Shown in pieces: positions 1 to 9,911 of a stretch of 64,000 bases of DNA. The stretch comes from a virus. Taxonomy: Duplodnaviria > Caudoviricetes. The position numbers and the translations under genes are program-made. The first letter of the stretch is position 1. Each line of letters starts with the position of its first letter. The notes under the pieces were generated by a model. That model did not search any database. It worked only from the letters and a program-made list of their open reading frames with translations, and had not been told where the DNA came from. The DNA is taken from positions 24,117-88,116 of IMG/VR virus record IMGVR_UViG_2519899649_000001; one strand, given 5' to 3'.

Positions 1-221
1 TGCTGGAACTGGGGCCACTGCGCTACTACGGCTACATCCTGAATTTTTCGGTCAGCTACACGCACTTCACTGCTTACTTGGTGCCCAACCGGTGCGTGAT
101 CAGTACCAACATCACGCTGTTGCCGCCCCCGAACTACCGCCTTCAGGAACAGCAGCAAAGCACCGACGGTGGCAGCGGCGATGACGCGGGCGGCCGTGCC
201 GGGCGAGCAGGAGGCAACTGA
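1..221 (+). CDS. 3' end of a tail/baseplate gene (tube-initiator-like), truncated by window edge
   Basis: Open frame from base 3 (LELGPLRYYGYILNFSVSYTHF...VPNRCVI) ending in TGA 219-221, which overlaps the next ATG. Function inferred from context. Confidence 0.45.
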   Translation, partial: LELGPLRYYGYILNFSVSYTHFTAYLVPNRCVISTNITLLPPPNYRLQEQQQSTDGGSGDDAGGRAGRAGGN

Positions 222-493
222 TGGCTATTCCGGCGTCTTCGCGCTACTACGGCGCCAATGTCGTGCCCGTCGAGGTCAACGGACAGGTCCGCAACACCAT
301 GTACCCCGGCGAGCAGGGCCCGTTCGTCTTCTCCTACACCAAGGTGCTCTTGGGGCCGCGCCGTCTCGACCAGCTGGCGTACGAGGTCTACGGCGACGAC
401 CAGCAGTGGTGGCGCATCGCCGACGCCAACCCCGAGATCGTCGACTTCTTCGACCTGCCGCCCGACACCGAGTTGCGGGTGCCCCGTGACTAG
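221..493 (+). CDS. LysM-like / P2 gpX-like baseplate-tail protein
   Basis: RLDQLAYEVYGDDQQWWRIADANP...LRVP motif typical of tail X/LysM-like proteins; lies upstream of the hub gene. Confidence 0.7.
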   Translation: MAIPASSRYYGANVVPVEVNGQVRNTMYPGEQGPFVFSYTKVLLGPRRLDQLAYEVYGDDQQWWRIADANPEIVDFFDLPPDTELRVPRD

Positions 494-1691
494 CACTCCC
501 GACAGCCAATGGTCGCTTCCGGTCACCCAGCTGCTGCGCCCGCCCGACGGGGTGACCAACCCCGGCGCCATCCACAGCTTGGAGATTCGGCAGGAATTCG
601 GCAGGCACACCCTGGCTTTCGTCCAGCTGACCGGCCAGCTAGCGGGCAACCGCAACCGGCAGACCTGGCCTGAAGGCTCCCCGGTGGCGCTGGGCTACGG
701 CAGCACCGGCGACACCGACCGCTGGTACGGATACGTGCATCACGCCGAGTTCCTGCGCGACCGGTCGGCGGGCACCCCACAGGCCCAGACGTTCTCCTAC
801 GTCCTGATCGGCACCTCCTGGCCGCTGAACTGTGGGCACGTGCGGTCCTGGCGCAGCGTCACCGACTCCTACATCACCCGCAGGATCGCCTTGGGCGCGG
901 GCCTGTCGCCAGTCACCGACACCACCCCGATCCGGCACCGGTACCTGGCCCAATCCGCCGACCAGAGCGATTGGCAGTTCCTGCTCGACCGCGCCGCCGA
1001 GAACGGCTACCGGCTGCACATCGACGGCCCCGACGCGACCCTGCTGCACCCGCGGACCTATCTGGCTGGCGGGCTCAGCAATGACATCCCCACCTACTGG
1101 TTCGGCCACCAGGTCGCCGACGTCACCCGCTTTGAGATGATCGCCGGCACCCAGACCCCCGTGGGCGGCGTGAAGGCCACCCGCACCGTGTACGGCCTGG
1201 ACCGCACCACCGGCCGCACCGTGGCTGCCACCTCCGGCACGGGCACCCTCAAACAGATCAAGAACCCACGCCCGGCCGCGTCCTTCGGAGAGGCCCGTGC
1301 GCTGGCCCGAGCCGAATCGGCCGCCAACGCCGACTGGCTGGTGGCCGAAGCCGACCTGCGAGGGTCACCGCGGCTGCGTCCCGGGCGGCTGATCCGGCTG
1401 GTCGGCCAAGCGCTGCCCCGGCACGCGGAGGGAACCTGGCTGATCACCGCCGCCCGGCACCGCCTGGGGACCCCCCAACTCGGTGACCCGCTCACTGGCT
1501 TCTACAACACCCAGGTCCGCCTGGTCCGCAACCGCAACACCGGCTACACCACCGCCGACGTCCACAACGCCTCCACCGGCGGCGGCATGCACTTGGTGCC
1601 TGACCCCGACACCGGCGTCCAACGCTGGATCGCCAACATCCAGCGACCCTCCATCCACCATCCGCACACCGCCCACCAGGACCACCCATGA
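486..1691 (+). CDS. Baseplate hub protein (gp27/gpD/VgrG-like)
   Basis: GTG at 486 overlaps the previous stop. YLAQ...SDWQFLLDRAAENGY and G.P.LRPG...G.WLIT.ARH motifs; position in baseplate operon. Confidence 0.65.
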   Translation: MTSTPDSQWSLPVTQLLRPPDGVTNPGAIHSLEIRQEFGRHTLAFVQLTGQLAGNRNRQTWPEGSPVALGYGSTGDTDRWYGYVHHAEFLRDRSAGTPQAQTFSYVLIGTSWPLNCGHVRSWRSVTDSYITRRIALGAGLSPVTDTTPIRHRYLAQSADQSDWQFLLDRAAENGYRLHIDGPDATLLHPRTYLAGGLSNDIPTYWFGHQVADVTRFEMIAGTQTPVGGVKATRTVYGLDRTTGRTVAATSGTGTLKQIKNPRPAASFGEARALARAESAANADWLVAEADLRGSPRLRPGRLIRLVGQALPRHAEGTWLITAARHRLGTPQLGDPLTGFYNTQVRLVRNRNTGYTTADVHNASTGGGMHLVPDPDTGVQRWIANIQRPSIHHPHTAHQDHP

Positions 1692-1936
1692 CCCAGCACT
1701 GCGGCATCTACCCCGCCACGGTCACCGCCGTACACAACACACGCATCCGCGCCCGCGTCCCGCACGTGCTGGGCAGCGCAGTCTGCCAGTGGGCCTCACC
1801 GATGATCATCCCTGTGGCGATGCCCGCCCCCGGCGACCAAGTGCTGGTGATGTTCCTGGGGGGAGACATCCGCCAACCGGTCTGGATCGGCGGCAGCGCC
1901 GCAACACCACCACCCGTCCCGCCGCCGGGGCCGTGA
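1688..1936 (+). CDS. Baseplate spike N-terminal OB-fold (gp5/gpV-like)
   Basis: GIYPATV...RIRARVP...WA...P.PGDQVLVMFLGGDIRQPVWIG motif. Confidence 0.7.
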   Translation: MTQHCGIYPATVTAVHNTRIRARVPHVLGSAVCQWASPMIIPVAMPAPGDQVLVMFLGGDIRQPVWIGGSAATPPPVPPPGP

Positions 1937-1946
1937 GGAGACCACC

Positions 1947-2357
1947 ATGCCCAAAGAGATCGCCGTTCCGTTCCGGCTGGACAGCACTGGCCGCGTCGCC
2001 GTCCAGGAAGACCCCGACCGCCAGATCAACGCCCACGCCATGGGCTTGGCCGCCACCACCAACGGTGAGCGCGTCATGATGACGCCCTACGGCTGCTCGC
2101 TGATCGAGCTGGTGTTTGAAAACAACACCCAAGAAGTCAGCGGAGAAATCGTCGACCGTGTCGCCACGGGCCTGGGGAAATGGGAGCCGGGCATCAAACT
2201 CCGCGGAGTGCGCCCGACCTACAACGACCAGGGCCTAGCCAAGGTCGAACTCGACATCGCCACCGTCGACAGCCCCGGCACCCACGCCGGCGACTCCTAC
2301 GTCAACACGGCCACCGTTCACGTCGGCGGCCGAGTCACCGAGGTTATACGCGGCTGA
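1947..2357 (+). CDS. Baseplate wedge protein gp25/gpW-like
   Basis: T..GERVM.P.YGC.L..LVFE...I...L.KWEP.I motif. Confidence 0.8.
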   Translation: MPKEIAVPFRLDSTGRVAVQEDPDRQINAHAMGLAATTNGERVMMTPYGCSLIELVFENNTQEVSGEIVDRVATGLGKWEPGIKLRGVRPTYNDQGLAKVELDIATVDSPGTHAGDSYVNTATVHVGGRVTEVIRG

Positions 2358-2465
2358 TATTCGGTATCCGGCACACGTCCGGGCGACAATAAAACCAACC
2401 GACTTGCTTTCGCGCCAGCGGAGAACTGACACGGGATAGGCCGAAGCCCTGCTTCGAGGTGTCCC

Positions 2466-3935
2466 GTGGCTGACCCGCTGATTGATTACACCGCGCGTGA
2501 CTACCAGATGGCCAAAACTGCCCTTCTGGAGTACGCGCGGCAGGTTTTTCCAGAATGGACCTCCAGGTCTGAAGGCGACTTCGGCGTCTTGATGACGGAA
2601 CTGTTCTCCTACATCACCGACCTGCTCAGCTATAACTGCGACCGCGCGGCGATGGAAGCATTCCTGCCGACGGCCACCCAACGCATGAGCGTGCTGGCCA
2701 TCGCCGACATGCTGGGATATCTGCCGCACAACGGCGCACCCGCACAAGGCGCAGTATGGGTCAAGACCGAAGACGACGCCCCCGCCGCGGTGATCCTCAA
2801 GGCAGGAACCCAGTTCGCCGCCGAACTCGACATCGAGTCCGACGAAGTGATCATCTTCGAGTCCGACGCCGACGTGACGATCCCCGCCGACCACAGCCCG
2901 ACCGAAATCAAGGTCACCCAAGGCGAGACGGTCCGCGACCAACTGGTGGGCACATCCACCGGCGAGGCCGGGCAACGCTTCCGGCTCCCACGCACCGGCG
3001 TTCTCCACGACACCGTGAAGATCGAGGTCGTCGAAGCCTACGGACCCTCCCCGTGGGCCCGCGTGGACCACATCGTGGACGCCGACCCCAGCGACAAAGC
3101 GTTCACCGTCCGCACCGACTCCAACGGTGTCACCTGGGTGCGGTTCGGCGACGGCATCACCGGCGCCATTCCCAGCAGAGACCAGCAGATCCGCGCCACG
3201 TTCCGGGTCGCCGACGGGATCAAGGGCAACCTGGACTCCGGCAAGATCGTCATGATCGCGTCGGAGAACATCTACGGCGTCGAACTGGCGCCCGACGGCG
3301 GCGGCCAGCCGCGCTCCACCGAAATGCGCGGCGGAGCCGACCCCGAATCCACCGAGTCGATCCGCGGCACCGCCCCGCTCCAGTACCGCACCCAGGACCG
3401 GTGCGTGTCGATCGACGATTACAAGCAGGAAGCCTTGAGCGTGCCGGGCGTGGTCAAGGCCACCGCCATCGCCGAGCACTTCTCGTCGGTGAACGTGTTC
3501 GTCGCCGGGCCGGGCGGCAGCTCTCCCAACGCCCGGATGATCGAGCGGATCTATGAGCACCTGCGCGGACGCATCCAGGCGGGCATCACTGTGTCGGTGG
3601 CCGGGCCCAAACTGGTCCCGATCGACGTAGGGGTCACCCTGTGGCTGGAACCGCGCACCGACGTGGCGCACGCGAAGTTCCGCGCCAAGGAAGCCGTCAG
3701 CCGACTCCTGAGCCCCGACCGCACTGAATTCGGCATGTGCATCAGCGTCTCGGCGATCGTCGCCGAGCTGATGCGGCTGGAAGGCGTCTACTCGGCGCGC
3801 GTCACCAAGCTCATGCGCAAGGGCGGCACCGACAAGAACCCCGAGCTGCGCGACCTGGGCCTGAGGCCCATCGAGCTGCCCACCGCCGGGACCATCAACG
3901 TCGCCGTCGGCGACCGCACCACGATCTGTAAGTGA
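2466..3935 (+). CDS. Baseplate J-like wedge protein
   Basis: IDYTARDY...PEWT..SEGDFG, VRFGDG..G.IP, GGADPES.E.IR and RCVSIDDY motifs. Confidence 0.85.
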   Translation: MADPLIDYTARDYQMAKTALLEYARQVFPEWTSRSEGDFGVLMTELFSYITDLLSYNCDRAAMEAFLPTATQRMSVLAIADMLGYLPHNGAPAQGAVWVKTEDDAPAAVILKAGTQFAAELDIESDEVIIFESDADVTIPADHSPTEIKVTQGETVRDQLVGTSTGEAGQRFRLPRTGVLHDTVKIEVVEAYGPSPWARVDHIVDADPSDKAFTVRTDSNGVTWVRFGDGITGAIPSRDQQIRATFRVADGIKGNLDSGKIVMIASENIYGVELAPDGGGQPRSTEMRGGADPESTESIRGTAPLQYRTQDRCVSIDDYKQEALSVPGVVKATAIAEHFSSVNVFVAGPGGSSPNARMIERIYEHLRGRIQAGITVSVAGPKLVPIDVGVTLWLEPRTDVAHAKFRAKEAVSRLLSPDRTEFGMCISVSAIVAELMRLEGVYSARVTKLMRKGGTDKNPELRDLGLRPIELPTAGTINVAVGDRTTICK

Positions 3936-3942
3936 GGCCGCC

Positions 3943-4623
3943 ATGGCGACATACCCCAAAGGCGTCAAGACCTTCGAGCCCAAGAAGGACTACGTCGATG
4001 ACGTGCTGGCCGCGCACGTCAACCTCCTGCAAGACGAGATCCGGGCGATCCAACAGACGATCGGTATCGAGCCGACGCTGCTGGGGCCCAAGGTCAACCC
4101 GTCACGTGACCCACGGCCGACCGGCGGCACCCGCACCTACAAGGACATCCGCGACAGGTTGAGGGGCCTGACGTGGAACGAGGAACGACCGGCGATCGTC
4201 ACCAGCATCAAGCCCCAGTGGGTGCGCTCCAACCCCTACCTGGTGGACGACTGGCCACTGAAGGTGACCAACTTCAGCGCGCCGATGGGCGGGTTCGACA
4301 AGGGCGGTCGCGGCATCTTGATCCCTGAGAGCGGGCTATGGCTGCTGACGGGTTATGTGTACTGGTACCCCACCTCGCGGACGGTCGGACACCGGCTGCT
4401 CAAGATCACCCGCGCCGACCCCAAGACCGGCCGTCACATGTACGAGCTGACGTGCGACGCGGGCCTGCCGCACCTGCGTAAGTCCCGCGGTGTCCGTCAG
4501 AGCGTGGCGTGCGTGCTGCCGCTGAACAAGGGGTGGCTGATCCGCGCGCTGGTGTCCCAGCACTCGGGCCGCCGCATGCAGATCAGGGGCAATCTTTCCG
4601 CGGTCTGGCTCCGAAAGAAGTGA
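3943..4623 (+). CDS. Virion structural protein (tail/baseplate associated)
   Basis: Coupled within the structural operon; helical N-terminus and beta-rich C-terminus. Confidence 0.5.
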   Translation: MATYPKGVKTFEPKKDYVDDVLAAHVNLLQDEIRAIQQTIGIEPTLLGPKVNPSRDPRPTGGTRTYKDIRDRLRGLTWNEERPAIVTSIKPQWVRSNPYLVDDWPLKVTNFSAPMGGFDKGGRGILIPESGLWLLTGYVYWYPTSRTVGHRLLKITRADPKTGRHMYELTCDAGLPHLRKSRGVRQSVACVLPLNKGWLIRALVSQHSGRRMQIRGNLSAVWLRKK

Positions 4624-4636
4624 AAGGGGGGAGGGC

Positions 4637-6757
4637 ATGGCGACTTACGCACTCGACTACTACGGGCTGACGAAATACGGGCAGCGCCGCGTCGTGGACT
4701 ACTCGGTGCAGCCGTTCGTGGTCACCCAGACCGACTACGAACACCTGGCGATCTCCTGGACGCTGCCGGTCGCTGACTGGGAGCGGCTGCGTCTGGTCAG
4801 GTCGGTCGCCGGATACCCTGCGGGCCCCGGTGACGGTCAGGTCATCATCGACGCCACCCCCGACGAGCCGCAGACCGCCACCAGCGACACCACCATCACC
4901 CCCGGCGGCTACCAGTACTACGCCATCTTCGTGCTGGACCCGGTCGACAAGCGCTGGCAACGCGCGGGCGGCGCGAGCGTGCTGGTCGTCGCCGACAAGG
5001 ACTCGCACAACTGGCTGCTCGAACGCGTGCCCATCTGGCACCGGTACCTGGGCGGCGAGCTGACCACGCTGCTCACCCAACCCGAGAACGAAGACCTCAA
5101 GAAGTTCCTGGCGATGTTCGCCGCCGGAGTCGACCACCTGCGCTCGATGCACGAGCCGCTGCTGCGCCTCAACGACATCGGCTTCACCCACCACCGCAAC
5201 CTCATCAACGCCGCGCTCCAACTGGGCTGTTACGCCGATCCGCGCGACTCGGCCACCCTGCTGCGCCGCCGTCTGATGGCCTACTCCCACGTGATCCGCG
5301 AGAAGGGGACCGTGGAGGGGCTGCGGCACTGGATTCGCATCATGACCGGCTGGGACATCTCCGTCCGCGTGACCGGCAACCTGATGCTGACCATGGACGA
5401 GTCGTCGTTCGTGCACCCGCAGTACGAGATGTGGTCGCCGCTGGTCTACTACCCCAAGGGCACCCGCGTACAGCACGACCAAGGGGTGGGCGCCTGGTAC
5501 GAGGCCAAGCGCGACGCCTACGGCTGCGCTGACATCCCCGACCCCACCAAGGACACCGACGCCTGGAAACGCCTGGGCGACACCCTGGCCGCTGACCCCA
5601 CCGTGCGCAACAAGCTCACCGGCGGCCCGTTCACCTGGGAAGTGATCGTTGTCGGGGTATCCAAGGACACGGGGGACTGGTGGGAGGTCCAGTACAGCCC
5701 GCAGGGCCCAGGCTCTACCGCCGCGACGCGTCCGGATCTTGGTGGCTTTGAGACCGCTAATCTGTTGAACGTCCGGAACAAGGACACCGCTTCCCGCTCA
5801 GTCGTCCTCAAGTCGGTCTCTCGACGGTTCAAGGACCCCGCCGCCCCCGCCTCTGGCCGCGAACCATCGCTCGACCCGATGCAGGTCATCGCCGACGGCG
5901 TCCCCCTTCCGCGCGCTACCCAGCCCTGGCTACCCAGCCGCGAATACCAGGTGGGGGAGCTGGTGGAATGGAACCGCCGCGTGTACCAGGCGGTACGCCG
6001 CAGCCAGGGCGTCATCCCCGACCGGGCGGGCTCGACCTCCTGGTGGACACAAGCCTCACGCGCTGATGACCGCCTGGCCATCACCATCGCCGGATATCTG
6101 CGTCATGCGACCGGCGGCGCGCTTCCGGTCAAGGTCGGCGTGGCCTGGTTCGACGAGCACGGCGAACCGATCGGTATGCCCGCCAACGCCACGTGGACCC
6201 CTGCCGCCGCCAGCACCGCCCTGTTCGACTCCTTCACCAGCGACTCCCCGGCCACCGGCCGCCGTCCGGTCGAGGTCGGGGCCGCCACCTGGAAGGACGT
6301 CAAGGGCGCGTTCACCACCACCATGGGGGCATTGCCACCCGGGTCGGTGATCCCCAGCGGGGGAGTCTGGCACCCGGTCGATATGGGAGCGCCTTCGGTC
6401 AGCGTCGTCGACACCGGACTGAACGGCGCCGAGAACCTGCGCGTCGCCGCCACCATCCGCACGACCAACCCCAGCGCAGACACCGCAGCGCCGCAGGCGA
6501 TCGTCGCCCGCTACGACACCACCAACAACTCCCACATCCGCGCCACGCGCACCGCCCTTGAACAGGTGGCCGCCGACGGCAAGGTGACCCAGCTGGGCAC
6601 CTACGGCGGCAAGGTCGTGCGCGACGGGGACCGGCTGATGGTGGAGCTCACCGGCTCCACCACGGCCACGGTCTACATCAACGGGACCAAGGTGCTCACG
6701 GTGCCCGGCGTGACCCTCAATCCCAAAAACGGCAACGTGGGGGTGTCCTACCGATGA
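4637..6757 (+). CDS. Baseplate/tail protein (gpI-like region plus carbohydrate-binding-like modules)
   Basis: IREKGTVEGLRHWIRIMTGW resembles gpI-like proteins; W...Y..G.LV...Y chitin-binding-like repeats; 706 aa. Confidence 0.55.
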   Translation: MATYALDYYGLTKYGQRRVVDYSVQPFVVTQTDYEHLAISWTLPVADWERLRLVRSVAGYPAGPGDGQVIIDATPDEPQTATSDTTITPGGYQYYAIFVLDPVDKRWQRAGGASVLVVADKDSHNWLLERVPIWHRYLGGELTTLLTQPENEDLKKFLAMFAAGVDHLRSMHEPLLRLNDIGFTHHRNLINAALQLGCYADPRDSATLLRRRLMAYSHVIREKGTVEGLRHWIRIMTGWDISVRVTGNLMLTMDESSFVHPQYEMWSPLVYYPKGTRVQHDQGVGAWYEAKRDAYGCADIPDPTKDTDAWKRLGDTLAADPTVRNKLTGGPFTWEVIVVGVSKDTGDWWEVQYSPQGPGSTAATRPDLGGFETANLLNVRNKDTASRSVVLKSVSRRFKDPAAPASGREPSLDPMQVIADGVPLPRATQPWLPSREYQVGELVEWNRRVYQAVRRSQGVIPDRAGSTSWWTQASRADDRLAITIAGYLRHATGGALPVKVGVAWFDEHGEPIGMPANATWTPAAASTALFDSFTSDSPATGRRPVEVGAATWKDVKGAFTTTMGALPPGSVIPSGGVWHPVDMGAPSVSVVDTGLNGAENLRVAATIRTTNPSADTAAPQAIVARYDTTNNSHIRATRTALEQVAADGKVTQLGTYGGKVVRDGDRLMVELTGSTTATVYINGTKVLTVPGVTLNPKNGNVGVSYR

Positions 6758-9027
6758 GCGCGACCGCCAAGGACCTGACCCGAAACTGGGTGCTGAACCC
6801 AAGCTTCGAGGCAGGGATCGACGGGACCGCTGCCGGCGATGCCCGCCTGGTGCAGCTCTCCGCAGGAGCCGAAACCGATCCGGTCCCGCCGATCGGCGGC
6901 GTCGAGCAGGGCGAGACCACCCTGCAAGTGATGCTCCCCGCCACCGGCCAAGCCCCGCCCGTACAGGGGTGGGTCAGCCCGACGGCCCGGGTCAGCGCCA
7001 CCTCCGCCGACGGCATCACCGCCTCGCTGTACCTGCGCGGCAAGACCGATGCTCTGCCGGTGTCGATTCGGCTCTACCGGATCGGCCAGGTCGAACCCCT
7101 GGCAGAGATCAGCCCCACCCTTACCCGCGACTGGCAGCGCCACCACCTCACTCACCCCGAACCGGTGGACGCGGGCACGGAGGTGTTCGTCGTCGTCCAC
7201 GCCGCACCGGCCATCGACACCTTCATCCAGATCGACTGCTGGCAGGTGGAGTCGGGCGAGCTGTCGGCATATGTCGACGGCGACCAGTACGGCGCGGTGT
7301 GGGAGGGCGAACCCAACGCCTCCACCTCGGTCCGCGACAACCGGCACCTGCCGGTCGAGGCATACGCCGACATCACCTGCGCCGACATGATCTGCCGCGA
7401 CGTCGCCGACCCAGCGACCGGGGAGATCACCACCGTGTGCACCGGCCGGGTGGCGGCGGCGATCGTGCCGCAGCAGGCACTGGCCATGTCGGCGTCGGCA
7501 TGGGGGCGCTGCGACGGGAACGCCGGCCTGGCCGTGGCGGTCCCCGAGATCAGCTTCGATGACTTCGCCGCCTGGGCACCCACCGACTCCGACCCCGCCA
7601 TGACCTACGCCGTGGCGGTGGGCACCAACAACAAGACCGGCGTCAAAGACGGGAAGTTCGAGCGTCCCTGGACCACGCTGGTGGCTCCCGGCGACTACCT
7701 GGTGCGCGGCGACCGGCCCGGGGAGACCAAGCCGTTGTGGAAGCGCGCCGCCTACGCGCAGGTGGCTTTCCAGATCGACAACGTTCCCGCCGACGGCCTG
7801 ATCCAGCTGGACGGGGTGTCGGTCGACATTCAGACCGCCGCCCAACCCAGCCCGCCGCCGTACACCGCGCCCCGCAAACACATCATCACCCTGCTCCCGG
7901 CCCGGCTGAACCTGATCCCCAACCCCTCCTTCGAGGTGTCGACCAAGCACTGGCGGCCGTCAGGTGTCGCGAAGCTGACGCAGAGCGCCAGCATCCCCGA
8001 CCCGATCACTCCCACCGAAGCCGAGAAAGAGAACCTCACGCCTGAGGAGATCGCCGAGCTGGCCCGCAACACCATCGGGCCGAAGTTCGGGACCTCGTTC
8101 GGGGCGCTCACCTTCACCGGACTGGGCCAGGCCAGCGCGGCGATCAACGTCACCGGCACCGAACCGGGCGACCTGTACTCGCTGTCGGGCTACGTCTACC
8201 TCAAGCCGCCGGTCACCAACCTCCAGGTCACCATGGCCGGATTCGACCAGGTCGGGATGGTGGAGATCGAGGGAGCCCTGAACTACCCGTACGGCACCGG
8301 CCAATACGGCGACACCCCCTACGGCGGCGGGACCAACGAGATCCCCTACCCAGACGAGGACGACACGGTCGTCCCCTACGGGGGCTGCCCCCACACCTTC
8401 GGGTCCCGCGCCGAAGCCGCTTGGCGCGGGCCACGTTCGACGTATGCCGACTCGTCGTGGGGTGTGGACGTACAGCCCGCTGACGACACCGGCGACATCA
8501 CCATGCGCTACAACCGTCGCGGCCATACCAGTTGGCACGCCGCGTCCGAGACTCCGCCCAGCGTGGTACGCCCGCACACCCTCGACTGCGTCCCCTACGG
8601 GGGAGGCGAGGACAGCCCCTACCCGCAGCACCGGTGGGCGCGGTTCTGGGTGACTGGCCGCGCTATCGCCCGCACCGGAACCATCACGATCTCGGCCAAT
8701 GGCGACGACGGGGGAGTGCTGGCGATCGACGGGGTGTTGCTGGAGACCGGCACGATCTTGCAGCCCTACTTCGACGGCGACGGCTTCCAGCCGCCGGTCC
8801 CCGACGCCGACCCCACCTACGAGTCCAACCCGACCGACTACCGGTGGGAGTACGTCGGCGGCAAGTACGCCCGCGGCGAGAGCCGCAGCTTCTTTTATCC
8901 CGGTTTGGGCAGCAGGCGCGTTGACAAAGCCGGGGGATCAGTCCAAGGCGTAAGGGAGATCATTCTTGAGTACTTGCCCTTTGCTCTTCCCGTCGAGGTA
9001 GATCGAATCACCACCTTGCCCAAATAA
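6754..9027 (+). CDS. Tail fibre / minor tail protein with repeated CBM-like domains
   Basis: Two N.I.NPSFE domain starts (NWVLNPSFE, NLIPNPSFE) and matching IDCWQVE / IDGVLLE ends; last gene of the structural block. Confidence 0.6.
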   Translation: MSATAKDLTRNWVLNPSFEAGIDGTAAGDARLVQLSAGAETDPVPPIGGVEQGETTLQVMLPATGQAPPVQGWVSPTARVSATSADGITASLYLRGKTDALPVSIRLYRIGQVEPLAEISPTLTRDWQRHHLTHPEPVDAGTEVFVVVHAAPAIDTFIQIDCWQVESGELSAYVDGDQYGAVWEGEPNASTSVRDNRHLPVEAYADITCADMICRDVADPATGEITTVCTGRVAAAIVPQQALAMSASAWGRCDGNAGLAVAVPEISFDDFAAWAPTDSDPAMTYAVAVGTNNKTGVKDGKFERPWTTLVAPGDYLVRGDRPGETKPLWKRAAYAQVAFQIDNVPADGLIQLDGVSVDIQTAAQPSPPPYTAPRKHIITLLPARLNLIPNPSFEVSTKHWRPSGVAKLTQSASIPDPITPTEAEKENLTPEEIAELARNTIGPKFGTSFGALTFTGLGQASAAINVTGTEPGDLYSLSGYVYLKPPVTNLQVTMAGFDQVGMVEIEGALNYPYGTGQYGDTPYGGGTNEIPYPDEDDTVVPYGGCPHTFGSRAEAAWRGPRSTYADSSWGVDVQPADDTGDITMRYNRRGHTSWHAASETPPSVVRPHTLDCVPYGGGEDSPYPQHRWARFWVTGRAIARTGTITISANGDDGGVLAIDGVLLETGTILQPYFDGDGFQPPVPDADPTYESNPTDYRWEYVGGKYARGESRSFFYPGLGSRRVDKAGGSVQGVREIILEYLPFALPVEVDRITTLPK

Positions 9028-9081
9028 GGGGAGATCGTTAAGGGTTTGACGAAGATCATTAGTCAAGCAAAGAAGATCGTT
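8957..9081. repeat. Helically phased AGATCRTT direct repeats (iteron/operator-like)
   Basis: AGATCATT 8957, AGATCGAA 9000, AGATCGTT 9032, AGATCATT 9053, AGATCGTT 9074; spacings 43, 32, 21, 21 bp; AT-richer than flanks. Confidence 0.55.
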
Positions 9082-9140
9082 GACAAAGGCGTGCGCGTGC
9101 CCTGCGTCTTCCGGGATCTCCTTCCCCGTATAACCCCGGC

Positions 9141-9911
9141 ATGCAAAAAATGATCTTGATCGCGGGCACCGCCGAGGTGAACACTCGCTACCTGCACGAC
9201 GTGCTGACCGACCTGGCCGACGGTGGCCCGGCGCACCTTCTGCTGGCGGTCCTGCCCGACCAGGCCGGCCGCGCCCTGGCCACCGTCAACGAGGCCGCAG
9301 GCTGGGCCGTCAAGAACGACGTCCAGCTCCAGCTCATCCACCCCGCAGGGCAGCCGCTGACGGGCCTGCCCACCTCAGCCGAGCTGGTGCAGGCCGAGGA
9401 CGTGGTCGAGGAGGTGCTGACCCAGCTGGACGTCTTCGCCAGCCGTCACCCCGAGCACGTCATCCACGCGCTGGCCGCCTTCGACGAGAGCCACGACCCC
9501 ACCGGGGACCTGGTCTACACCCTGCTGGAACAGGGCCACGGCGTGCGTAGCCTCACCGACGGCCTGGACGACTTCAGGCTGGAGCACGACCCCAACGAAT
9601 CGACGCCCGACGAACCGGTGGAACGCGTCACCGCCGACCACGCGATCCCCGCCGCCCGCCAGGCGCCGGTGCCCACAGCCCTGGCGGGCGTACTTGCCGG
9701 CGAAACCCTGGCCAACATCCACGAAGGCATCAAGGAAGCCATCCGCATCATCGAGACACTCGGTGCCTGGGCCAACGAGCTGGACGCCGCGGTCGGCCAC
9801 TACAAGGCCGCCGCCGAGCGCACCGAACCGAGTAAGGGCGAGCCCAAGCGGGCTGCCGTCGAGGAAAAGGTTCCGGCTGCGCCACTGTCTGATGACGTCC
9901 CGCCTTTCTAA
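9141..9911 (+). CDS. Hypothetical protein (alpha/beta N-terminus)
   Basis: Long ORF with strong GC3 bias; TATAAC lies 6 nt upstream of the ATG, so it may be leaderless. Confidence 0.6.
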   Translation: MQKMILIAGTAEVNTRYLHDVLTDLADGGPAHLLLAVLPDQAGRALATVNEAAGWAVKNDVQLQLIHPAGQPLTGLPTSAELVQAEDVVEEVLTQLDVFASRHPEHVIHALAAFDESHDPTGDLVYTLLEQGHGVRSLTDGLDDFRLEHDPNESTPDEPVERVTADHAIPAARQAPVPTALAGVLAGETLANIHEGIKEAIRIIETLGAWANELDAAVGHYKAAAERTEPSKGEPKRAAVEEKVPAAPLSDDVPPF

